Source: Chloroflexota bacterium
Lineage (GTDB): Bacteria; Chloroflexota; Dehalococcoidia; Lucifugimonadales; JADFKI01
Direction of reading: 5' to 3'
DNA: 32,000 nt
Assembly (NCBI GenBank): GCA_022565015.1
Contig: JADFKI010000004.1
Location: 1 to 32,000, forward strand
The notes under the pieces are model-generated. The model was not told where the DNA came from. It was given only the letters and a program-made list of their open reading frames with translations, and searched no databases. Positions within the stretch are counted from its first letter, which is position 1, and each line of letters opens with the position of its first letter. The translations under genes and the position numbers were made by a program. Shown piece after piece: positions 7,911 to 15,484 of this stretch.

Positions 7911-8552
7911 TTGACCAATAGCCACAAACACGAGCATACAGATGACAATGACACGAGGGTTGCAATCTTCATCGACGGCAGCAATCTCTATCACAGCCTC
8001 GAAGAAAATTGCAATCGGTTCGACGTTGATTTCGGAGCGTTTGCCGAAAAGCTTACCGACGGCCGAACGCATTTTCGGACGTATTACTACAATGTTCTCA
8101 GGGATCCGGACCACAACCCCCAGGCCTACCAAGACCAGCAAAAATTCCTGAGCGCGCTGTACGCCACTCCTTACCTCGAAGTCCGGCTGGGCACCGCCAA
8201 GATGCGAGGCGATGTCGCGGTGGAAAAGGGCGTGGACATCATGCTGGCGACGGACGTTCTACGAATGGCGTGGGAGAACCTGTATGACGTCGCCATTATC
8301 GTCAGCGGAGACGGCGACTTCGCCTACGCTCTACAGGCCGCCAAGAACTACGGCAAGCATATAGAGGTGGCCGCCTTTCCATCCAATCTTTCATGGGAGC
8401 TTGCCCAGATCGCAGACAGGTGCGAGTATTTCGAGCCCGAATACTTCGCCGACATCTGGAGCCGAAAACGGAACGGCGAGCGAAACAGCACAGGCACTGA
8501 GAGTCAGAAACGAGGGTGGCGAGGACGACGCACCAGGGCCAATACATCGTAG
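7911..8552 (+). CDS. NYN-domain (LabA-like) predicted ribonuclease with a basic C-terminal tail
   Basis: Contains RVAIFIDGSNLYH and IIVSGDGDFAYAL...H(I)EVAAF, typical of the PF01936-type NYN fold. TTG start with GGAGA 7 nt upstream. Confidence 0.75.
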   Translation: MTNSHKHEHTDDNDTRVAIFIDGSNLYHSLEENCNRFDVDFGAFAEKLTDGRTHFRTYYYNVLRDPDHNPQAYQDQQKFLSALYATPYLEVRLGTAKMRGDVAVEKGVDIMLATDVLRMAWENLYDVAIIVSGDGDFAYALQAAKNYGKHIEVAAFPSNLSWELAQIADRCEYFEPEYFADIWSRKRNGERNSTGTESQKRGWRGRRTRANTS

Positions 8553-8668
8553 CGATTTGGAGACCTACGGAGCGCGTCGATGCCTGGGACGGACCCATCA
8601 GTTTCAGGCTGTCATCGGCCTATCGCGCAGGCCGCCATCGCCTTCCATCGGAATTGACCGAAATTATT

Positions 8669-8696
8669 TTCAAATAAGTCCTGCTTCTGATATACT
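8669..8696 (+). promoter_or_regulatory. Candidate promoter (TTCAAA-16 nt-TATACT) giving a ~215-nt purA leader
   Basis: The hexamers are at 8669-8674 and 8691-8696, and the local sequence is AT-rich. Confidence 0.3.
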
Positions 8697-8919
8697 CGCC
8701 AAGGCCACAGGTTATGCCGTCTTCTTGCAATTGCCACGTCTTGTCCATGCGTCCACGCCCAACGTTATTCACTGGTCGAGTCCGCCGGATAGCGGGCGGA
8801 GATGCCGGGCCTTCAAAGGGCGCCTGGTCAAGGTAAAGACGAGCGGTACACGTGTGAGCCAACGGCAAATCGACTCTTGGTCGTGACGCACACCCTTTTG
8901 AACCAGTGGAGGATGAAAA

Positions 8920-10212
8920 ATGCCGGCGTATGCCGTACTAGGCGCCCAGTGGGGCGACGAGGGTAAGGGTAAGATAATTGACGTCCTCGCCAGGGACGCG
9001 GATATAGTCGCACGATTTTCCGGAGGCAATAACGCAGGCCATACCGTCGTAAACGACGAGGGCGTGTTTAGCTTTCACTTAATACCGTGCGGGGTATTTT
9101 GGCCCCAGACCCTCAACGTGATAGGCAATGGAGTCGTGCTCGACCCGGACGTCTTCCTCGAGGAGGTAGACGGACTAAAGGAGCAGGGCCACGACGTCTC
9201 GGACCGTCTGCTTGTCAGCGAGCGAGCCCACATAGTCATGCCCTATCACGTCGTCCTCGACGAGCTGACCGAAAAGGCGCGGGGCAGCGATGCCATCGGC
9301 ACGACAGGCAAGGGAATCGGCCCGACTTACGCCGACAAGGCCGCCAGGACCGGCATACGCGCAGCTGATCTTCTGGACGTCGAAGCGCTACTTCCTCGGC
9401 TGGAAAACATCGTCAACCATACCAACAAGATAATAACGGCCGTCTACGACGGCACTCCCGTATCGATGACCGACATATTCGACAAGTGCCGTGATTGGTC
9501 CGAAAGGCTTGGTCCGTTTATCGCGCCGGTCGAGCGTATCGTTTACGAGTACCTGGAGGCAGGAAGAAACGTTCTGCTGGAGGGCGCTCAAGGTGCGCTG
9601 CTGGACCTCGACCACGGCACTTACCCCTTCGTAACGTCGTCCAACCCGACAATCGGAGGCGCGTGCGTAGGACTCGGCATCCACCCAAACTACATCTCCA
9701 ACATCATAGGGGTCTTCAAGGCGTATTCGACCAGGGTTGGCAGCGGCCCGTTCCCCACCGAGCTGACGGACGAGACCGGCGAGAGGATCAGGAACCTTGC
9801 CCAGGAGTTCGGTGTGACCACGGGTCGAGCCAGGCGCGTGGGCTGGTTCGATGCCGTCGCCGCCAAGTTCAGCACCCAGGTCAACGGCTATACATCGGCG
9901 GTGCTTACCAGGCTGGACGTCCTCGACGGGTTCGACTCGATAATGGTCTGCACGGCGTACGAGCTGGACGGCGAGCGCACCGAGGAGTTTCCCGGCGGCG
10001 TGGCGGCGCTGGAGAGGTGCAAGCCCATATTGGAGGAGATGAAGGGCTGGACCAGTCCCACGGCCGGCGCAACTGACTTCAGCAAGCTACCGAAAGAGGC
10101 CGTCGCCTATGTGCAGCGAATCCAGGAGCTGATTGGCTGCCCGATCGACGTAATATCCACCGGGCCTCACCGCGACGAAGTCATTCGCGTCCGCGAGGTC
10201 ATCGGGGTATAG
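8920..10212 (+). CDS. purA: Adenylosuccinate synthase
   Basis: Contains the GAQWGDEGKGK P-loop, GGNNAGHT and TTGKGIGPTY. GGAGGA lies 6 nt upstream of the ATG. Confidence 0.97.
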   Translation: MPAYAVLGAQWGDEGKGKIIDVLARDADIVARFSGGNNAGHTVVNDEGVFSFHLIPCGVFWPQTLNVIGNGVVLDPDVFLEEVDGLKEQGHDVSDRLLVSERAHIVMPYHVVLDELTEKARGSDAIGTTGKGIGPTYADKAARTGIRAADLLDVEALLPRLENIVNHTNKIITAVYDGTPVSMTDIFDKCRDWSERLGPFIAPVERIVYEYLEAGRNVLLEGAQGALLDLDHGTYPFVTSSNPTIGGACVGLGIHPNYISNIIGVFKAYSTRVGSGPFPTELTDETGERIRNLAQEFGVTTGRARRVGWFDAVAAKFSTQVNGYTSAVLTRLDVLDGFDSIMVCTAYELDGERTEEFPGGVAALERCKPILEEMKGWTSPTAGATDFSKLPKEAVAYVQRIQELIGCPIDVISTGPHRDEVIRVREVIGV

Positions 10213-10241
10213 TTTTTAGTTGTAATCCACTGAACCAAGAA

Positions 10242-10268
10242 GGGCCACCCGGATGGGTGGCCCCTTTT
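10242..10268 (+). terminator. Rho-independent terminator of purA
   Basis: GGGCCACCC-GGAT-GGGTGGCCC (perfect 9-bp stem) followed by CTTTTG. Confidence 0.75.
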
Positions 10269-10568
10269 GCTTCCATACTTCCTTTCGCGTCACCCTCTTT
10301 CTGGCCTTTCTCCAAATGGGAGAGGGTTTCTTGTTGTCTTTTTCTGAACATTCGGGAGGTCACGGAAGAGCTGGGTGTTCTTAAGGTGGATCAACAACAG
10401 GACCAGTGCGAACGTGTGGATTGAGTGGTTCAATTTGACAGCCAATTTAGTCTTTTAGTGTAGTTCCCGCACGTTATGGAAAGTATAGACTTGAGCATCC
10501 AGCGGCGAATACTCGTGTGCATGTCTTTGTGCCCACGGAAAGTAGAACATTTCAAAAAGGTTGCAGCT

Positions 10569-11855
10569 ATGAACATGAACGACAGTGATGCCAGCCAACA
10601 GGCAGAACCGAGGGCAATCGTCTTAGGAATTGAGCACCCTCGCGCAGTAGCGGTAGCCAGGTCGCTAGGGAGAGCAGGGATCACCGTCGACGCCGTGGAC
10701 CACGAGTCCTCTGCGCGAGGGTTTTACTCTCGCTACCTGCGCAACAAGCATATCGTAGACGAAGACTACGAAAGCACCTTGGCCTTCCTTGAATCGATAG
10801 GGCAGGAAGGCGGACTACTGATACCAACAAACGACCATTACCTGATATTCGCCGCCAAGTACTTTGATCGCCTCTCGCGTTATTTCACTATGACCTGCCC
10901 TCCCTGGTCAGTCTTGGAAAAATTGATGGACAAACCCCAGGCCTATGGCATAGCTCGAGAGGCCGGAATAAAGACCCCGCTGTTTTTCGCTCCGAATGAC
11001 ATCGAAGAGTTGGAGCAGACCGTCTCCGAATTCGACTTCGAGAATCGCTCATACATTCTCAAGACCAAGCTCTGGAGCTCAGGTCCTGCAGATATTCGAA
11101 CGGGAAGATTCTCCAAGGACGCGGGGCCGGACGCAACCTCAATGTTAGAAAGCTGCCGGGAGATTCAGGCGAGAATAGGGACGCTCCCCGTCATTGAAGA
11201 GATCATACCTGGAGAGTCAGACACATGCATCGGCGTGTCTATGGTGGTGAACAAGAATCACGAGCCAGTAGTCTCGTATTGTGTCAGAAGATTGAAGCTT
11301 TTCCTCTATTCAAGAAGCGGATTTACTCACCCTTATGAGCTTGGCGCAAACGTCTACAGCGAAAGCATCCATGACGAAGAGGCGGTTGAAGCAGCTACAC
11401 GCTTCGTTCGACAGGCCAAGTTTTACGGTCTGATCACAGTGGAGTTCAGGAGAGATGCGACCGACGGCCGCCTGAATCTGATCAAGATCGATCCAAGGCC
11501 GGTAAGGGCGACAAGCCTCTCCACCGCGCTGGGCCTGGATACCCCAACGGCCTTGTACCAGGTGTTTACAGGCGGACAGGTTAATGTCGCAAAATCCTAC
11601 CCTGACGGCGTGGCCTGGATCTGGCTTACGTGGTACTTAAAGGCTTTGTGGAGGAACAGGCAATACAACTCGGTACGGCCGGGCCTGCTGGCTGTTCTGA
11701 GGAATTTGAGCAACATCAAGTCCTTTGCGTATCTCAGCGTCCGGGATCCTATGCCTTTCCTCATTGAGATCTTCAGGCAAGGACGTGAGTGGGTAGGCGC
11801 GAAACCAATTCGACTGAAGAGAAAATTCTTCCCCTCTCGCTCCGGAGCAGTATAG
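10569..11855 (+). CDS. ATP-grasp domain protein (COG3919-like predicted carboxylate-amine ligase)
   Basis: The N-terminal pre-ATP-grasp pattern is AIVLGIEHPRAVAVARSLGRAGI. It is followed by DKPQAYGIAREAGIKTP, a central glycine-poor ATP-grasp region and E-F-(R/K) late motifs. The in-frame ORF opens at 10476, but ATG 10569 fits the family N-terminus better. Confidence 0.65.
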   Translation: MNMNDSDASQQAEPRAIVLGIEHPRAVAVARSLGRAGITVDAVDHESSARGFYSRYLRNKHIVDEDYESTLAFLESIGQEGGLLIPTNDHYLIFAAKYFDRLSRYFTMTCPPWSVLEKLMDKPQAYGIAREAGIKTPLFFAPNDIEELEQTVSEFDFENRSYILKTKLWSSGPADIRTGRFSKDAGPDATSMLESCREIQARIGTLPVIEEIIPGESDTCIGVSMVVNKNHEPVVSYCVRRLKLFLYSRSGFTHPYELGANVYSESIHDEEAVEAATRFVRQAKFYGLITVEFRRDATDGRLNLIKIDPRPVRATSLSTALGLDTPTALYQVFTGGQVNVAKSYPDGVAWIWLTWYLKALWRNRQYNSVRPGLLAVLRNLSNIKSFAYLSVRDPMPFLIEIFRQGREWVGAKPIRLKRKFFPSRSGAV

Positions 11856-11931
11856 CCAGAGCTGGTCTATCGCACCACGGCACCAGGGCCGACCCCCGTT
11901 CATGCCTGGCCATCTTCAGAGTGACAAACGT

Positions 11932-11960
11932 AAAGGGCGATCCTTATCAGATCGCCCTTT
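11932..11960. terminator. Hairpin terminator between the convergent ATP-grasp and dapA genes
   Basis: AAAGGGCGATC-CTTATCA-GATCGCCCTTT (perfect 11-bp stem), followed on the plus strand by GGTGTTT. Confidence 0.55.
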
Positions 11961-11983
11961 GGTGTTTATGTGTGGCAGCGTTC

Positions 11984-12069
11984 CACCCTCATCCTAGCCT
12001 TCTCCCATCAAGGGAGAAGGGATTTTGTTAGGTCCTCTCCCTCGACGGGAGAGGATTTAGGTGAGGGTG
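11984..12069. repeat. Nested-hairpin intergenic element: outer CACCCTCA/TGAGGGTG stem enclosing two CTCCC-N5-GGGAG hairpins
   Basis: The outer stem pairs 11984-11991 with 12062-12069. Inner hairpin 1 is CCTTCTCCC-ATCAA-GGGAGAAGG (11998-12020). Inner hairpin 2 is TCCTCTCCC-TCGAC-GGGAGAGGA (12033-12055). Confidence 0.8.
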
Positions 12070-12075
12070 ATTCCC

Positions 12076-12981
12076 CTAGTCGCCGGCGACCGCCACTGGC
12101 AGGTCGATCGTGTAGCCGGACACGACCTTGTCGATGGCTGCGGCCGTCGCCTCGTCCGGAGGCACCAATGGCAGCCGCGTCTCGCCGACGTCGAATCCCG
12201 CCCTGCGCACCGAGTACTTTACCGGTATCGGATTGGAAACGATAAAGAGTATCTTGAACATCTCGAAGAGTCTCTTGTGCTCGGCGGCGGCGGCCTCGAT
12301 ATCACCCTCCAGGATCAGACCAATCATGCCCTTGATCTGCCTGCCGATTAGATGCGACGCCACGCTCACCACGCCGTACCCGCCGGAGCACATGATGTAG
12401 AACGTCTCGTCGTCGTTTCCGCTCCACACCTTGAAGTCGTCGTCCGTGTCGCGAATGACGCGCGTGATCTGCACCATGTCGCTGCTGGCCTCCTTCGTGC
12501 CGACGATGTTGTCGACCTTGCTGAGGCGGACGGTGGTCTCAGCCGTCATATTGAGGCTGGTCCTGCTGGGAACGTTGTACAGCACACAGGGGATATGCAC
12601 GCTCTCGGCGATGGACTTGAAGTGCTGGTAAAGGCCCTCTTGCGGCGGCTTGTTGTACGAGGGGACGGTCATCAGTATGGCGTCGACGCCAAGCCTCTCC
12701 GCCTCCTTGCTCATTTCGATGCTGGCGGCCGTGGCATAGGTCGTGGTGCCGGCAATGATGGCGGCGCGGTCTCCCACGGCGCTCTTCGTAGCCTCGTAGA
12801 GCCCCAGCTTCTCCTCGGTCGTTAGTGTAGGGGTCTCACCCGTTGTGCCGGTTATGACCAGCCCGTCGCTGCCGGAGTCCACCAGGGCCACAGCCAGGCG
12901 CTTAGCCTCGTCGTAGTCCACTTCGCCCTGCTGGTCGAAGGGAGTTATCATTGCGGTAATCAGCCTGCCGATTTCGACCAT
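12076..12981 (-). CDS. dapA: 4-hydroxy-tetrahydrodipicolinate synthase
   Basis: Contains ITAMITPF...G(L)VITGTTGE and YNVPSRT, and has typical DapA length. Confidence 0.95.
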   Translation of the reverse strand: MVEIGRLITAMITPFDQQGEVDYDEAKRLAVALVDSGSDGLVITGTTGETPTLTTEEKLGLYEATKSAVGDRAAIIAGTTTYATAASIEMSKEAERLGVDAILMTVPSYNKPPQEGLYQHFKSIAESVHIPCVLYNVPSRTSLNMTAETTVRLSKVDNIVGTKEASSDMVQITRVIRDTDDDFKVWSGNDDETFYIMCSGGYGVVSVASHLIGRQIKGMIGLILEGDIEAAAAEHKRLFEMFKILFIVSNPIPVKYSVRRAGFDVGETRLPLVPPDEATAAAIDKVVSGYTIDLPVAVAGD

Positions 12982-13035
12982 GACCTGACCCTCCTCGTCA
13001 AAACTGTGCCGCAGAGCCCTGTTCGATTCGCTACG

Positions 13036-14121
13036 TTAACCGACGGCGGAATCCTTTAACCTGGGAACGAGGCCCCTTCTGAGGGCCTCTTCCGCGATCT
13101 GAAGGGCGTTTGTCGCGGCGCCCTTCCTGAGGTTGTCCGAGACCAGCCACATCGCAATGCCGTTGGGATGCGACATGTCCCTGCGAATTCTTCCGACGAA
13201 CACCTCGTCCTTGCCTGCGGCGTCAACGGGCATAGGATACACGTTTGATTTGGGTTCGTCCACCACGCATACTCCGGGAAAGCTCGAGAGCGTCTCCCGC
13301 ACCTCATCGGGGCTTACCGGCCTTTCGAACTCGATGTGCACGGCTTCACTGTGGCTCACCATGACCGGGACCCGCACACAGGTCGCCGAGATGGCAATCC
13401 GATCATCGTGAAGTATCTTCCGGGTCTCGTTGAGCATCTTCATCTCTTCGTTGGTGTACCCGTTATCCCAGAACTCCTCTATGTGAGGCAGCGTGTTGAA
13501 CGCTATCGGATGGGGATAAGCGTCGTGCCGTACTCCCCGGGTGTCCCCATTTACGAGGGGCGGGTCGTCGGGGGTCTTGTCCCACTCGCCCATGAGGCGC
13601 CCCGACTGCACCCTGAGCTCCTCGACGGCCTCCGCACCAGAGCCGGATACGGACTGGTAGGTGTCCACGACGACGCGCCTCACCGGACTGAGCTCTCTCA
13701 GGGGCTTGAGCACCATTACGAGGGGCGTGGTCGAGCAGTTGGGGGCCGAGACTATTCCCTTGTGGTCCGCGATATCGTCCCCGTTGACCTCCGGCACCAC
13801 CAGGGGGACGTCGGGGTCCATGCGAAAGGCGGAGCTCTTGTCGACGACGAACGCACCCTGCTTAACGGCGAGCGGGGCCACTTCGAGACTTACGCTTGCT
13901 CCCGCCGCTATGAACACGATATCGACCTCGCCAAGAAGCCGGGGCGTGACCTCTTCGACCACGATCTCCCTGCCCATGACCTTGAGCTTCTTCCCCACGG
14001 AACGCTTGGACGCACAGAGTCGAATATCGCTTGCCGGAAAGTGTCGCTCTTCCAGGATCTTTAGAAAGACACCGCCAACCGCACCGGTTGCACCAACCAA
14101 CGCGATTCTACATACGTCCAC
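13036..14121 (-). CDS. asd: Aspartate-semialdehyde dehydrogenase
   Basis: Contains the Rossmann motif VGATGAVG and the active-site motif SAPNCSTT. GTG start with GGAGG 5 nt upstream. Confidence 0.93.
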   Translation of the reverse strand: MDVCRIALVGATGAVGGVFLKILEERHFPASDIRLCASKRSVGKKLKVMGREIVVEEVTPRLLGEVDIVFIAAGASVSLEVAPLAVKQGAFVVDKSSAFRMDPDVPLVVPEVNGDDIADHKGIVSAPNCSTTPLVMVLKPLRELSPVRRVVVDTYQSVSGSGAEAVEELRVQSGRLMGEWDKTPDDPPLVNGDTRGVRHDAYPHPIAFNTLPHIEEFWDNGYTNEEMKMLNETRKILHDDRIAISATCVRVPVMVSHSEAVHIEFERPVSPDEVRETLSSFPGVCVVDEPKSNVYPMPVDAAGKDEVFVGRIRRDMSHPNGIAMWLVSDNLRKGAATNALQIAEEALRRGLVPRLKDSAVG

Positions 14122-14518
14122 ATTAGCCTCCGGCCAGGGGTTAGGGTCTGGGGTATAGGGATTGGGACGCGGCGATGGCCGCCACCGACCGCATATCGGT
14201 CACCCGTTTATAGCATGATAGCGCGTTTCGCGGCGCAGTTCCATAGAACTAAGCACGCCTCTTAGACTGCCGGCGCCAGGCCGATCGCCGAGAATATATC
14301 GGTATGCGCTCAGATTGCCAGTGTCTGCTTTCCCTGATCAGAGCACTTCAACTACGGTAACCCGCCGTAGTTTCTTCGTAGTTGTCTTCGTCAAGATAAC
14401 ACCGGCCGGACTCTCGATTTCATGTCGCCCTTTTCAATGATGCCATACCGCAGCCCTTGAACAAGACAGGGGAGAAAGCCTGCACGAGCAATATCAGAAC
14501 TTCCAAGGCGAGACCAAT

Positions 14519-15289
14519 CTACCGCTTTACGACTACGGTGTCGCAAATAAGGTCGTGCAGCCCGCGCTTATCTTCCCGAATGGCTATCAAAAGGTGGCCG
14601 GTGAACAGGACCATGGCTGACAAAGTATGCGCGAAATACCGTGCGAACGCTCTTCCGACGCCGACCTTGGAGCCGTCCGGCCTGAGCACATAAAGACCGA
14701 GAACGCGTTTGCCACCGGTCGTAGACCAGACGGCCACCCCGACGGTGACATATAGGACACCCAGGAGAATCGTCGGGAAATTTAGCTGGCTGAGCAAGTC
14801 TTCAGGGGGATCACCATCGAGTCCGAATACAAATAGAGCCACGATAATCCCTCCAGCGATGGAGAGTATGATGAAGTCTATGATCCATGCAGCCAGCCGT
14901 ATCCAGAATCCGGCGGGCTGCCCCGCCTGGGATGCCATCCTTGAACGCGAATAGGATGGTGTCGCAGCAGCGGAATCGTCGAGGGGAAGACCGCAGTCGT
15001 AGCAATATATCGAGCCGGCTTCGTTGCTTGAGTCGCACCGGGGACATGTCGTTGCGACCGAAGGCACTGCGCTGCCGGTCACGGGCTCGTATCTTCTGGA
15101 AGCAGCCTCCTCGATCGAGACCCCAACATTTAGAGACCGACCGCATGAGTGGCAGAAGCTGCTTTCCATCGGATTCACTGCCTGGCAGCTTGCGCATATC
15201 ATCTGTAAAGCGGTTCCGCAGCGGTTGCAAAATGCCGCTCCATCCACTACGTCGCTGTTACAACTCGTACACTGCATGTCTTGACTCAA
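14519..15289 (-). CDS. RDD-family membrane protein with three N-terminal zinc-ribbon (CxxC...CxxC) modules
   Basis: The three ribbons are CTSCNS..CNRCG, CASCQA..CHSCG and CPRCDS..CYDCG. These are followed by hydrophobic segments and the R..D..D pattern (RLAAWIIDF ... LHDLICDT). The start is TTG 15289 or ATG 15277. Confidence 0.8.
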   Translation of the reverse strand: MSQDMQCTSCNSDVVDGAAFCNRCGTALQMICASCQAVNPMESSFCHSCGRSLNVGVSIEEAASRRYEPVTGSAVPSVATTCPRCDSSNEAGSIYCYDCGLPLDDSAAATPSYSRSRMASQAGQPAGFWIRLAAWIIDFIILSIAGGIIVALFVFGLDGDPPEDLLSQLNFPTILLGVLYVTVGVAVWSTTGGKRVLGLYVLRPDGSKVGVGRAFARYFAHTLSAMVLFTGHLLIAIREDKRGLHDLICDTVVVKR

Positions 15290-15343
15290 GCGTTAGAGAT
15301 CAAGTTCGAGGTGAGGGTGGCTGACGAGGCGGCCCCTGCCATT

Positions 15344-15439
15344 GTCATCCTGACCCCGACGCGTCGGGGGAAGAATCTAGCGTGGAGCGGGGGCGGCCAA
15401 GCTCCCTGGATTCTTCGTCGTTACACTTCTCGGAATGAC
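15344..15439. repeat. Inverted pair of ~31-34-nt repeat units (GTCATYC...CGACG...GAAGAATC) around a 31-nt spacer; the left unit contains a perfect 16-nt palindrome
   Basis: GAAGAATC (15370-15377) pairs with GATTCTTC (15409-15416). GTCATCC (15344-15350) opposes GGAATGAC (15432-15439). The palindrome is CCCCGACGCGTCGGGG (15354-15369). Confidence 0.75.
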
Positions 15440-15484
15440 ATGAGCGCGAACCCTATACCCTGAACCCGACATCCCCAGTCCCCT

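Noticed and set aside
8760-8890. A ZTP (pfl) or purine riboswitch upstream of purA. The cues were the CACTGGTCG...CGCCTGGTC and GGTCGTGAC strings.
   Set aside because: The conserved ZTP cores (GGGUCGUGACUGGCG ... CCGGGAGCG ... CCGCCUGGGC in that order) are not present. The GGTCGTGAC string lies 3' of the CGCCTGG string, which is the wrong order. The purine-riboswitch junction sequences (UAUAAU..GGAUAUGG..GUUUCUACC..CCGUAAA) are absent.
14253-14265. A lysine riboswitch (L-box) upstream of asd, suggested by AAGAGGCGUGC on the minus strand.
   Set aside because: Only the short AGAGGCG-like string resembles the L-box P1 start. I could not find the other conserved elements, namely the GAGUA-type turn, the GGGGAGCGUCGCCGAAG-like segment and the closing P1 strand. 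An Rfam scan would settle it.
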